This document shows, piece by piece, positions 26,404 through 36,227 of a stretch of DNA of 64,000 bases (position 1 is the stretch's first letter; each line of letters opens with the position of its first letter). The position numbers and the translations under genes are program-made. The notes beneath the pieces are model-generated. The model worked only from the letters and a program-made list of their open reading frames with translations. It searched no databases and was not told the DNA's origin. This DNA comes from a virus. The DNA lies in the IMG/VR virus record IMGVR_UViG_3300049491_000383, positions 1 through 64,000 of that record. One strand, 5' to 3'.

Positions 26404-27834
26404 TTACCAGCAAATCTTCCACTGTATAGTAGACCCTGTTGCTGGATTTGTTTGAATCTGAATTGTGTAGCCCAGACCTTTAAAGTAGGACAAGACAGAG
26501 TTCAATTGAAGTTGAATTGGTTTGTTGGTTGCAGTGCCTACCCAAACTTGATAGTACAAATTAGGGTTTGTTCCAAAGGTATTTTCAGCCACAACAATAT
26601 CAACAACTGCAGGATTTGCAGGAGGATTTGGAAGCGGTGCTGTTGGAGGATTAAATACCACGCCGGTAGCTGCACTTGTATAACCTGTACCGGGCGAAAG
26701 AACAGTAATTGACGACACCGAGGTGCCGCTTAGGTTCACTTGTGTTACTGCACCTGTCCCAGGATCAGTTATCACCAAATACGGCAAATATGTAGCATAT
26801 CCAGCACCTGGATTGTCAACAGTGACGGCGGTAATTGTTCCTGCGATATCAGTGAATACAGAGCCTAAGAAGCCTGTGCCCAAAGGATAAGCAACCAATG
26901 GGTTTAGACTAGAAACAATAATTGGAGTAGTGACACTGTCCTGATAACCAGAACCCGGATTCAATACTGCAACTGATAGGATTTGACCTGTAATGCTTAC
27001 TGCGGTAATCTTAAATACTGCGTCAACATAAGCTAGGTTAGGAAGAACTGCTCGTGTTGCTGTAACTGTATCATTAACTGTATAATTTAGACCAGCATTG
27101 GCAATATTAACAGACACAACACCACCAGCACCATTTACAAGCGGTTGTAGAACTGCACCAGCACCAAGAATTGAGCTTACGCTCATTGTAGCAGGGATAG
27201 GTTGATAACCTAGTCCGCCATTTGTGATGTTGATTGCAAGAATATTTCCACCGTTAGTTGAAACTGTTCCAGTAGCTACTACGCTAGGAACTGCGCCAAC
27301 AGGTGGTACAAAGAATACAGATGGTGTATCTGCATAGTACCCACTTCCTCCACCAAACGAAACACCGGTGGCATACGAATAAATCGCAATGCTCATACCG
27401 AGCGTTAATGGATAAGTGAAAGTGATTTGATTTGCGCCGGTAACTGTGTATTGAAGGAGTGCACCTTCCATTTGCATAACACCGTTAACGAAAACTAATA
27501 GATATGAAGTATTGCCAGAGATTGGAATTGTATTCACAATAGTGTTTACAACTGTCTGGCCAGCGGTTGCTGTTTGACCTTCGTATGATGGAATTGCGCT
27601 TGAGCCACCATTTGTAACAAGAATTTCTAAAATTCCCGAAACAAATGTCATTGGTGTTGTGCCACCAATAGTGGCACACATTTGACCACCACCTACTTGA
27701 CACTGGCTAGAGGCTGCAAGGATTGCTTGCTGAAGCATGCAAATTTCTTCCCATACTACTGGGAAGTTAGTTGCGAGCTGCTGCATTGTGGCAGCATTTG
27801 GAAAACCCGTTCCGGGTGTGCAGCAATCTGACAT
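26404..27834 (-). CDS. Virion structural protein with (N/S)xG.GY beta repeats
   Basis: Repeated I..I.V.NPG.GY units typical of T4-like structural proteins. Confidence 0.75.
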   Translation of the reverse strand: MSDCCTPGTGFPNAATMQQLATNFPVVWEEICMLQQAILAASSQCQVGGGQMCATIGGTTPMTFVSGILEILVTNGGSSAIPSYEGQTATAGQTVVNTIVNTIPISGNTSYLLVFVNGVMQMEGALLQYTVTGANQITFTYPLTLGMSIAIYSYATGVSFGGGSGYYADTPSVFFVPPVGAVPSVVATGTVSTNGGNILAINITNGGLGYQPIPATMSVSSILGAGAVLQPLVNGAGGVVSVNIANAGLNYTVNDTVTATRAVLPNLAYVDAVFKITAVSITGQILSVAVLNPGSGYQDSVTTPIIVSSLNPLVAYPLGTGFLGSVFTDIAGTITAVTVDNPGAGYATYLPYLVITDPGTGAVTQVNLSGTSVSSITVLSPGTGYTSAATGVVFNPPTAPLPNPPANPAVVDIVVAENTFGTNPNLYYQVWVGTATNKPIQLQLNSVLSYFKGLGYTIQIQTNPATGSTIQWKICW

Positions 27835-27837
27835 TTC

Positions 27838-28158
27838 TTATCCTATTTTTGTCGCCTTGGAAGCCATATCACTGACTCTCGAGGCACTATCTTGGTCGCC
27901 TGTACCGTCACCCTGGACTGAACCTTCCGGCGCAGTCAACGAAATCATTTCAGGAGTTGCATTCATTACTGTAGGATTATTGGATAATAGTGACATAATA
28001 CTATTGTTATCCACTGAATAACCCATACTATAAAGCTGGTCAACGATGCCCTGAGTCTTTATCTGCTGAACACCGTTACCCTTTGCGCCTATGAGAAGAT
28101 TATTCAAATCCGATTCAAGGCTTTGATTATAGTTCTCAAATAATTCTCTGGCTCTCAT
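27838..28158 (-). CDS. Probable head-associated protein
   Basis: N-terminus MRARELFE. Confidence 0.7.
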   Translation of the reverse strand: MRARELFENYNQSLESDLNNLLIGAKGNGVQQIKTQGIVDQLYSMGYSVDNNSIMSLLSNNPTVMNATPEMISLTAPEGSVQGDGTGDQDSASRVSDMASKATKIG

Positions 28159-28166
28159 GAGGCGGC

Positions 28167-29564
28167 TTATGCTACTACACCACGCAACTTACGTGCCTTT
28201 TCAACAAGCTTTTGCATCTGAGCAACCTTCTGTTGCAATGATTCTGTCTTCATTGCGCGGCCAAGTGGTTCGTCTTCTTCAGCACCACCAAATTCGTCTG
28301 CCGCATCTAGGTCACCATCAATGTTATCTAGGTCTGCGTCCATACCGGCATCTGCGTCCATTGCCATTGGATCTTCCATTCCGCCGTCCATACCGTCATC
28401 CATTCCATCAACTGGAACATCCATATCGGTTTGTGCGTCGAATTGACCCGTTGAAGCCATGTTACCGACTGCATCATCAACTTGAGTCTTAGCTGTGAAC
28501 AATGCATCCATAACACCTTGCATTGCACCATAGATTTGAGTCTGGAATGCTGCTGCCGAATCTTGTCCGTATGTTTCGCGCATTTGATCAACTACTGGTG
28601 GAAGATCTTCGTTTTGTAGACGACCAATCTTTTCAACCATTTCTTGCAACTCTTGAGCAAAGCCCTTAGCTGCCATCATAACTTCAGCCTGACTTACTTC
28701 TGTTTCAAGAAGACGGCGCAGGTTCTTTACTAGATTATCTTTTTCTTTCATTACAATTCCTTTAGATCTTGCTGCCTTCTGTGCAGCAAATGGGTCTGGT
28801 ACCATACGGCCATTCTTGTCACGAATCATTGGGACTGGCTCATCGCCTCCCTGTGGTGCAAGAGAAAGCTTTGGATTATCTAAAACCCTTGCAGCATGTT
28901 TTCCCATTGCTGTTGTTGGTGCAGAAGCGGAGTGACCACCAGCGGCGGTGTCACGAACTCTTGCTCCCTTTGGAGTATTACCCCACATATCCCCGGATTC
29001 GCCGATGTCAATGCCTTTCATTTCTGAGTCCTCAATTGGTGTTTCGTCTTCTTCTTCAAACATAGATTCCATGTCAACACTTGTTAATGGCGAAGCACTT
29101 GAGGCTGCCTGAATTTTTGACATTGCACCTTGTCTTACTCTTTGTTCAATAAGATCGTCTGGGAAACGGTATTTACTTGAACGATATTGTTTCATAGCGT
29201 CCTTTACGGACTCTTCAAAATCTGCGTGATGCATACCACCGAGTCTGAAATGATTCGAGACAAAGTCGCACATACCATTAATTACATTCTCCAAATCTGG
29301 AGATTGAAATTGCATAATTGCAAATTCGCGAAGTGTTTTGATACCTTCTAGCACCAGAAGTCTTTTCGAGATTTCTGGAGAACCTTTTGCATCATCGCCC
29401 TTAATCTTCAGATCAGTAATTTCATCTCTGATCTGTTCCATAATGGCAACTAGGTCGCGGTCGCTCGCATCCTCGGCAATTTTGAAACCGTAGTTGGTTT
29501 CAAGATGCTGATTGATCATTTTAAAGGTGTTATCTGGTGATTTGCCAATATCGTTTAAAAGCAT
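28167..29564 (-). CDS. Acidic probable scaffold/internal head protein
   Basis: Late motif at 29596..29603; LLETE, FEE and KTES motifs; acidic tail. Confidence 0.75.
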   Translation of the reverse strand: MLLNDIGKSPDNTFKMINQHLETNYGFKIAEDASDRDLVAIMEQIRDEITDLKIKGDDAKGSPEISKRLLVLEGIKTLREFAIMQFQSPDLENVINGMCDFVSNHFRLGGMHHADFEESVKDAMKQYRSSKYRFPDDLIEQRVRQGAMSKIQAASSASPLTSVDMESMFEEEDETPIEDSEMKGIDIGESGDMWGNTPKGARVRDTAAGGHSASAPTTAMGKHAARVLDNPKLSLAPQGGDEPVPMIRDKNGRMVPDPFAAQKAARSKGIVMKEKDNLVKNLRRLLETEVSQAEVMMAAKGFAQELQEMVEKIGRLQNEDLPPVVDQMRETYGQDSAAAFQTQIYGAMQGVMDALFTAKTQVDDAVGNMASTGQFDAQTDMDVPVDGMDDGMDGGMEDPMAMDADAGMDADLDNIDGDLDAADEFGGAEEDEPLGRAMKTESLQQKVAQMQKLVEKARKLRGVVA

Positions 29565-29613
29565 ATAAACCGTTCCTGTTAAGTTTTATTTCTAGTATTT
29601 ATCATTCTAATGG

Positions 29614-30063
29614 CTATTTTACTCTCTTGAAAACTGAGATACTATCACGTGTATCCTTAGCCTTCTGCTCAGCGAGTTGAAATTTATCTTCAAGGATTGC
29701 CATTCTATCTAGGTCCTGCCGTTTCTTGGCAGACTTCATGCAACTTAGATAATGAATCATGTCATTATGATATTTAGAAAATCTTTCTTCTAGAGTTAAG
29801 ACTTGTTTGATAACACCAGTTTCATGTTGGTTATATCTTTGTGCAACGATTACCGCAACGTCAAACACCGAGATATTTTCGTAAAGGGCTGATCTATCAA
29901 AAGTTAGTACATCGTAGGAACCCAGTTCATTCTTCTCAATGATTACATTCCCAATCATTACTGATTTTTTAGATACTTGAATAGGTGACCCGCGTTGGAT
30001 CGCAAAGGATGCTGCTCTATCCGCTGCCTTATTAAGTTTCTCGAGAATGCCGGGTCTGTCCAT
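29614..30063 (-). CDS. Hypothetical protein
   Basis: 149-aa ORF in the late operon. Confidence 0.7.
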   Translation of the reverse strand: MDRPGILEKLNKAADRAASFAIQRGSPIQVSKKSVMIGNVIIEKNELGSYDVLTFDRSALYENISVFDVAVIVAQRYNQHETGVIKQVLTLEERFSKYHNDMIHYLSCMKSAKKRQDLDRMAILEDKFQLAEQKAKDTRDSISVFKRVK

Positions 30064-30854
30064 TATCGCCTCTTTCTTCCGTTGTTTGCTCTTCCAGCCG
30101 ATACCTTACCAGATGCTGCTAAGTCTGCTGAAAGCTTACCAGTAGCTTGATTTGGCTTTGTATCGCCGGCAATTGTTTGTGCTGAGCTTCTAGGTGTATA
30201 TTCTGTCTGCAATGATTCTTCCGGGTATTGGCGCTTCTTCATTTTGCCCATTGGCATGGCAGCACCTGCAATAGATCCTGCACCTGTTGCACCACCGCTG
30301 CAATTCTCCCCAATACCAGCTAATTCGCGCAATCTAGACAGGCCGGCAATGTCTAGCTCCTCTTGAGTAGGTTGCTGAGTTTGAGTTTGAGTACCAGGCT
30401 GAATATTGGCTGATCCGCCCGGGGCACCTGCTGCCATAAACGGCTGCAATGCATCCATATTCATCCATTCGTCTTGACCAGTTGTTGGATTCTTAACCTT
30501 TACGCCCTTTGCGCCCATATCTACCTGTGAGACTTCTCCGGGAGCAGGCAATCCGTTTGGGCCCTTCACACCTACTGTCATTCCGACTGTGATTGGACCT
30601 TTTCCCGACCATGTAGATTTTGCACCAGGTGTATTTGCTTGCTGCTGTTGCGTATTCTGGGTGGTAGGACCAATGGTATTTCCGGATGGTGGAGTAATAG
30701 CAGTGTTGTCTTCCTCTAGATCTCTGTATTCCTTGAAGGACATTTCTGCAATCAAAATCCTTGCTTCTGTAAGTCCTACATTTCTTTGTGCAGCAACTTT
30801 CCTAACCATATCGCCATAGATAAGATCATTAGCCAAATTATCAAGTTTCTTCAT
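30063..30854 (-). CDS. Probable internal head protein with SH3-like insert
   Basis: LEED, RLRELAGIGE, GATGAGSIA motifs. Confidence 0.7.
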   Translation of the reverse strand: MKKLDNLANDLIYGDMVRKVAAQRNVGLTEARILIAEMSFKEYRDLEEDNTAITPPSGNTIGPTTQNTQQQQANTPGAKSTWSGKGPITVGMTVGVKGPNGLPAPGEVSQVDMGAKGVKVKNPTTGQDEWMNMDALQPFMAAGAPGGSANIQPGTQTQTQQPTQEELDIAGLSRLRELAGIGENCSGGATGAGSIAGAAMPMGKMKKRQYPEESLQTEYTPRSSAQTIAGDTKPNQATGKLSADLAASGKVSAGRANNGRKRR

Positions 30855-31351
30855 AGTGACTCCTGCCTTTCAAAGGCTATATTTTGTGCCCATCCACTTG
30901 GACTACCGGGTACGGTTGTAATTCTTACTGTGCTTGGGATGATTACGCCATCAAGATCATCAACTAAGAGTCCGACGGGGCCGGGTGAACCATAGGGTGT
31001 GAAGTTGTAGAACTGAACTCCGCGTTCAACAGCAAACTTCCAAATAAAACCCTCACCAGAGAGTTCCATAGTATAATCAGCAAGTTCAAGTACAGGAAAT
31101 GGATCAGAGAGAATAACAGGCATGGCACGAAGTCCGATGCTCATCAGCAAAACTTCAAAGTTCTTCTGACTTTCATCCAGGGGACTACCAGTAACCTGAA
31201 TATTAACTAAACGTGCAACTTCTTGGGAAGGAGGAGGATTTGGATTAGGATCTGTAAACGCACCCGGAGAGGCTGCATAGCAGACATAATACTGCAAATC
31301 GGCAGTCAAGTTCTGCATTGCTGTTGCGGCGCCGTGAATTTGTTTTGGCAT
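30851..31351 (-). CDS. Structural protein, paralog family 1 of 4
   Basis: N-terminal KQIHG; late-like motif upstream. Confidence 0.7.
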   Translation of the reverse strand: MPKQIHGAATAMQNLTADLQYYVCYAASPGAFTDPNPNPPPSQEVARLVNIQVTGSPLDESQKNFEVLLMSIGLRAMPVILSDPFPVLELADYTMELSGEGFIWKFAVERGVQFYNFTPYGSPGPVGLLVDDLDGVIIPSTVRITTVPGSPSGWAQNIAFERQESL

Positions 31352-31388
31352 TGCTTAATCCTTATCTTCTCTATTTACCTGGGTTTTA

Positions 31389-32306
31389 TTAATTGACTGA
31401 TCCAATCTGGAGTTCCCAGTCGTTAGGACCACTAACAACAAACACCAATTCTTGAGTTGCATCAAATTCAATTTCGTCTGTTGAGCCCAAGTCTGTATTA
31501 ATTTCATCTGACGGATTACCAACGTCAATCAAAACTGTAATATTCACGGGTTTTGTTACTGTTACAGAACTGCCAATAGGTGTGGCACCACTTATTGCCG
31601 GTAATGTAACCGTTCCTGCTGATGTTACAAAATACTTTTCGTGAAGTAACATTGCCGACCCACCCGGAATAGGAATGTAATCATTTGAACCGGTTGCATT
31701 GATTGTTACTTCTTTTGTGAAGGCATTCGTTGTAATAACGATGTTTGAACCGGGTATGATTGTAAGAGTATCACTACCTACCGCTGAAATTGTTGGCTGT
31801 GTTGGAACTGCTACAAAAGAGAAAGCGTTTGAGCCTGCTGATGCTGGCAAGAAAATCAAGCCATCTTCTGTAGGATTGACTGTTACTACATACCCTGCCG
31901 AACCTGCGTAGGTATCCGGAGTATCAGTTAAATCTAGAAAAGACTCTGAACCATCACCGCAGCACCATACATAAGGAACTCTTGTGCAAACACAAACAGA
32001 ACAGTCAACATGATCGACACCCACATCTGTTCCCAGGGATTGAATCATTGCCGTTAATGATGCTTCATCCCAGGTAGACCTATCTTCTTCGAGGGCGAAG
32101 GACAAATTTACCTCGTTGGGATTCATAATGTTTACATAGGCGCTGGCTTCAATCTTGTTAAAGATAATTTCGGCCGCAGAGAATGGAACTGGTTGTCCGA
32201 AGCTGTTTATCGCACCACTGAAATCAGCACCGCACACAACCCAATGGGACAAGGAACCAGTTAACATCTGGTCATTAAAGACGCCACCGCTCGTTCTAAT
32301 TGGCAT
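31389..32306 (-). CDS. Structural protein, paralog family 2 of 4, with C-terminal extension
   Basis: GGVFNDQMLTG; late motif at 32332..32339. Confidence 0.7.
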   Translation of the reverse strand: MPIRTSGGVFNDQMLTGSLSHWVVCGADFSGAINSFGQPVPFSAAEIIFNKIEASAYVNIMNPNEVNLSFALEEDRSTWDEASLTAMIQSLGTDVGVDHVDCSVCVCTRVPYVWCCGDGSESFLDLTDTPDTYAGSAGYVVTVNPTEDGLIFLPASAGSNAFSFVAVPTQPTISAVGSDTLTIIPGSNIVITTNAFTKEVTINATGSNDYIPIPGGSAMLLHEKYFVTSAGTVTLPAISGATPIGSSVTVTKPVNITVLIDVGNPSDEINTDLGSTDEIEFDATQELVFVVSGPNDWELQIGSVN

Positions 32307-32361
32307 AAGGGTATTCCTTGATTATTTCTAGTATTTATCAAGAAATCCAGTTCGTGAGATC

Positions 32362-32385
32362 AAAAGAAAAGGGCCCGAAGGCCCT
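32362..32385 (-). terminator. Intrinsic terminator with cUUCGg tetraloop
   Basis: Minus strand AGGGCC-TTCG-GGCCCT-TTTCTTTT. Confidence 0.85.
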
Positions 32386-32404
32386 AGACTCGAATTGACT
32401 AAAA

Positions 32405-32977
32405 TTAAGCCAATGTGTAGTAAGTTGCTGTTCCTAATGAGAACGAAACCTCAGTAACTGTGCATGCTGCAAAGGATGCTACCACTGGCACCGGTGGTGT
32501 CAATGGATTAGGAGCACCTACAGTGATATAAACTGTTGCATTCGGCAATGCCTGTAATGCTGCCTGCATTTCAACTGCTGCGTTTGTTGGCGAAGTTGGA
32601 AGCTGTTGTTCGTCGGCGTTTGCTGGAGGAACGCTATACAAAGGTAGATCAGAACCCCAACCAAATGCTGATGCAGATACAGCAATATGAATTTCTGTTG
32701 TGGCTCCGTATACGTTTGGCAACAGACCAATGACAACAATGTCAGCTTGTTTGCTAATTTCCTTTAGGGCAATAGCTGCTGCACTGTTTGGAACAGGACG
32801 CTTATCACCTACTACAAAATATGTTGTTGTTAAAACTGCGCCACCTTGAACTGTAACAGGCAAGTTGACCGAGCCATCTGAAACTGTCCAAGCAAAAGGG
32901 CCTGTAATTTTGAAAAATCTCATGCCACCTGTCAATGTCTGATCATTGATGATGCCACCGTTAACTTGGAATACCAT
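32405..32977 (-). CDS. Structural protein, paralog family 3 of 4
   Basis: QVNGGIINDQTLTG; late motif at 33004..33011. Confidence 0.7.
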   Translation of the reverse strand: MVFQVNGGIINDQTLTGGMRFFKITGPFAWTVSDGSVNLPVTVQGGAVLTTTYFVVGDKRPVPNSAAAIALKEISKQADIVVIGLLPNVYGATTEIHIAVSASAFGWGSDLPLYSVPPANADEQQLPTSPTNAAVEMQAALQALPNATVYITVGAPNPLTPPVPVVASFAACTVTEVSFSLGTATYYTLA

Positions 32978-33034
32978 GTTTGTAATCTCCTACAATGTTG
33001 ATGTATTTATCACTAAACAGAAATTTTAGTCAAC

Positions 33035-33057
33035 AAAAAAGCTCGCAGAGCGAGCTT
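33035..33057 (-). terminator. Intrinsic terminator
   Basis: aagctcgc-aga-gcgagctt with a T tract on the minus strand. Confidence 0.8.
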
Positions 33058-33081
33058 CTTGTTTGGTACCTACTAAACGAA

Positions 33082-33678
33082 TTAGTATGGTAGGCCGACT
33101 GGGTAGTAGCCTGGAGTACCAGTTGGGCTGTTGGTAGGTGTTGCACCCGAAGTTGCACCTGGTCCGAAGTCCAAGTCGCCTGCTGCGAATGTTGCTACTG
33201 GCATTGTGCCGTCGAATGCTGCGAATTCCATTGAGAATGTAACTGCGGCTGCTGCGACGCTAACCAATGCGCCAACTACGTTTGTTGGTGCTGCACCAGC
33301 TGTTGTTACAACTGCTTGTGCGCCAAGAACTGGAAGGCCAGTTGCGATCAAACCAGCTGCATCAGAGAACCAACCTTCTGCATAACCAAGCATAACGTCG
33401 ACTGACGATTCTGTTGGGCTAACGACATCCAATTTGCTGATAGCAAGAACTGTCGACTTTGTTTCTAGAGCCTTAAGAGCCTGGACCATTGCGCTTTCAA
33501 CAACTGCGAAAGACGAATCAGCCACAGTACCTGCGCCGGCTGGTGTTAGTGTGCCAAGAACCAATAGGTCAGCTGCTGCAAGAGCAGAGATGTCCTTGTT
33601 GAACTTTAGCTTGATGAATGTAACTTGCTTTTCTACCCAGATACCTGCGTAGGCTGCACCATTTACTTTTGTTGTCAT
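33082..33678 (-). CDS. Structural protein, paralog family 4 of 4
   Basis: MTTKVNG; Ala-rich; late motif at 33727..33734. Confidence 0.7.
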   Translation of the reverse strand: MTTKVNGAAYAGIWVEKQVTFIKLKFNKDISALAAADLLVLGTLTPAGAGTVADSSFAVVESAMVQALKALETKSTVLAISKLDVVSPTESSVDVMLGYAEGWFSDAAGLIATGLPVLGAQAVVTTAGAAPTNVVGALVSVAAAAVTFSMEFAAFDGTMPVATFAAGDLDFGPGATSGATPTNSPTGTPGYYPVGLPY

Positions 33679-33725
33679 GATAAAAAATCTCCTGAATTTG
33701 TGATGGGGTTATCCCATTCATAAAC

Positions 33726-34610
33726 TTATTTATCATTTGGTGGAAGATATGCGGCAATTTCTGGGGGATATTCGAACAGTTTTCCTTGTGGCCAGTCATA
33801 AAAGTTGCTGGCTGCACGCTTCCAAATGCGTTCCTGATCGGTCATTCCATAGTTACTCTTAACTGCTGCCATCAAAGTTTCAAGACTATTAAGGTCTCCA
33901 ATGTGACTACTGTAAGGAAATAGTACAGTCCTCACCTCATACGGATCTAGGTAGGGTCCATCTAAAACAATATCCTTTTGCTTACGCATCCAGTTACCGT
34001 CTCTATCTTTCTGGCTCAATCTATTTACCTGTATCAATCCATCTTCGCCAAATTTCCAACGAATAACAGATGTGGGGCGATTAAACTGATCCCATGGTTC
34101 AACAATTGTATTTTCTGGTATGGGTCCTGGTTCTACATTTGTTACAGCACAAATTGCTGCAATGAATAGATTTCGATGCGCTCCTTTGTATTCGCTATTT
34201 GCATCGGAATAATGGTAGAACTTCTGCCATTCTACATTACCAAAGTTGAAATCTATTTGAACAAAACCCGTGCGTGGTAATGCTTCCTTATATTCAGCAT
34301 TATATCCAACAATGGGATATCTTAGATGAATCATATTTCCATGGCGCGATACACAATCTTTGCCAAATTCATCCTCAAGCAACTCTCTAAATGCTGCGAT
34401 ACCATCAGTTGGGATTACGACATCAATATCGCCGGAATACTCACGTTTTCCAGTTGAACCAAGTGTGTTTTCGTTCAAGTCAAACGACAACCCAATATCC
34501 TCTGATAGTTTGGTCAGTGTCTTATCAATCTCTGTAGAATGGATTGTGCCACAACCAAAAATGGCTGTTCCTCCCAAGTCAGTGGGAGTGCTGATGTATT
34601 TTAGTTTCAT
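33726..34610 (-). CDS. Pol-beta superfamily nucleotidyltransferase
   Basis: LGSTGK....GDIDV (hGS...DxD) and a third acidic residue in VQIDF. Confidence 0.75.
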   Translation of the reverse strand: MKLKYISTPTDLGGTAIFGCGTIHSTEIDKTLTKLSEDIGLSFDLNENTLGSTGKREYSGDIDVVIPTDGIAAFRELLEDEFGKDCVSRHGNMIHLRYPIVGYNAEYKEALPRTGFVQIDFNFGNVEWQKFYHYSDANSEYKGAHRNLFIAAICAVTNVEPGPIPENTIVEPWDQFNRPTSVIRWKFGEDGLIQVNRLSQKDRDGNWMRKQKDIVLDGPYLDPYEVRTVLFPYSSHIGDLNSLETLMAAVKSNYGMTDQERIWKRAASNFYDWPQGKLFEYPPEIAAYLPPNDK

Positions 34611-34825
34611 TTGTCAATTATTTGATTTAGACTGATATCAATCTGGTTAAGAAGTGAGCTGTAATGCCTACGTGATCTCATTCCCTGTTGCCAAGATTGT
34701 AATACCTGATTCTTAATTCGTGTAACATTCAAGTCCTGAGGTTTAGCTTTGATGCTATTCATCAGCTTGATAAAACTGTCCGAATTAAGGACGTCGTTTA
34801 ATGTTACAATCTCGTCAAGTCTCAT
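34607..34825 (-). CDS. Small hypothetical protein
   Basis: MRLDEI start; abuts or overlaps both neighbours. Confidence 0.65.
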   Translation of the reverse strand: MRLDEIVTLNDVLNSDSFIKLMNSIKAKPQDLNVTRIKNQVLQSWQQGMRSRRHYSSLLNQIDISLNQIIDK

Positions 34826-34826
34826 G

Positions 34827-36227
34827 TCAAATTTCGCCTAACTGTTTTCCTACTAAAATATTCAAAAGATCATTTGTGTCGTTTGCTTGTAACGCGGCAC
34901 TTTGAGCTTCAGTAATTTGTTGAAAAGCCTGTGCAAACGTCTGCTTTGTCCTTTCTTTAATCGCGGCTGACAAGAATCCTCTTGTGCCTGCGGGAAAGTC
35001 GCTCTCTTCTTTCTCATATTTATCTAATTCTCTTTCAAGTTCCTGCTGTCTTACTTCTAATAAGGAAACCCAATATTGACGTACAGTTTCGAAATTTATT
35101 CCACTAGAGAGTGTTGACAATCTCTCTTCTGTGATTGTTCCTGCCTTACGGAGATAATTCTTTGCCTGCATAGTACCTAGTTCTGGATGGCCAATTGATG
35201 TTGCCATATCCAAAAACAACTTACCCATGAAGCTTGATGCACCTTCTGTACTCTTTGCACGCTCAATAAGGGTATTTCTCTTCTTCCATGCCATCTCACG
35301 GATTGTTCCAAAGACATCTTTATCTACAAGTTTAACCATTCTGCCTGTATCTTTGTGACGTAGAACAATACCCTCAATCCATCCGCCATCTTCCACAGGT
35401 GGCCCAAATGAGCTTGCAGTTTCTCTTACAAAGTTATTCAGCAGCACAGTCTTCAATGGAAGGATATGGTCTTTCTCTAGATCGTAGCGAATTTCTTCCT
35501 TACGTTCTTTAAGATATTCCTTTACGTGTTTCCACGTACCTGTGATTACCCATTGAGGAATTTTGTTAAGCGGTGTCTCAAGAATGACGCCTAGAGGCTG
35601 CAGAGTAAATGAATCTTGCATTGCAAGATAACGCTTCATCTCAGCTAGACGACGAGTAATGAGTGCCACATTGTAATTTTTCTCAATGATGGGTACACGG
35701 GCAAACTCCCATGTATTGATCGTCTCCCTCAATGTAATACTTTTTCCATCGTCTGTGAAAGGTGACACAAGGGAGACGGAAACCGCTTGACCATCAAGCT
35801 TCTGCTTCAAACGGTCAATATTCACGGTGCCCTCGGTAGTGCGCAGGAAGATTAGATAGTTTGTATCCGCAGAATATGGGACAACATTTGGAACTTGTCC
35901 ATACAACACTTCTGCCTCAACTTGATCACCGGGTCTCAAACCAGCACCTTTTAAGACAGGCAACATCTGTTCCAATAGCTTGTGTGCGGAACGCATGTAT
36001 GTTGAAGAGAATGTTATGCCATAATCCTCTTCGTTATAAATTCTTGCTCCACCCTTAGTCTCCCGACTGGTGTAGAATCCTTTGCCATCAATGCCAAATA
36101 GAATTTGGGCACCATCAACTTTTTCGGTTATCTCAAAATTGGAGAGATTAGTGAGAATTTCTATAATCTCTCCAACAGGCACATCCTCAATATGCGATAT
36201 ACCTCTCGATACTTCTATTAGATTCAT
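34827..36227 (-). CDS. ATP-dependent RNA/DNA-ligase-like covalent nucleotidyltransferase
   Basis: Motif I TEKVDG, motif III EAEVLY, motif IV EGIVLR, motif V VKLVDK. Confidence 0.75.
   Translation of the reverse strand: MNLIEVSRGISHIEDVPVGEIIEILTNLSNFEITEKVDGAQILFGIDGKGFYTSRETKGGARIYNEEDYGITFSSTYMRSAHKLLEQMLPVLKGAGLRPGDQVEAEVLYGQVPNVVPYSADTNYLIFLRTTEGTVNIDRLKQKLDGQAVSVSLVSPFTDDGKSITLRETINTWEFARVPIIEKNYNVALITRRLAEMKRYLAMQDSFTLQPLGVILETPLNKIPQWVITGTWKHVKEYLKERKEEIRYDLEKDHILPLKTVLLNNFVRETASSFGPPVEDGGWIEGIVLRHKDTGRMVKLVDKDVFGTIREMAWKKRNTLIERAKSTEGASSFMGKLFLDMATSIGHPELGTMQAKNYLRKAGTITEERLSTLSSGINFETVRQYWVSLLEVRQQELERELDKYEKEESDFPAGTRGFLSAAIKERTKQTFAQAFQQITEAQSAALQANDTNDLLNILVGKQLGEI

Noticed and set aside
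33726-34610. CBASS CD-NTase call
   Set aside because: Only the generic Pol-beta motif is visible; no Cap effector or ancillary genes nearby
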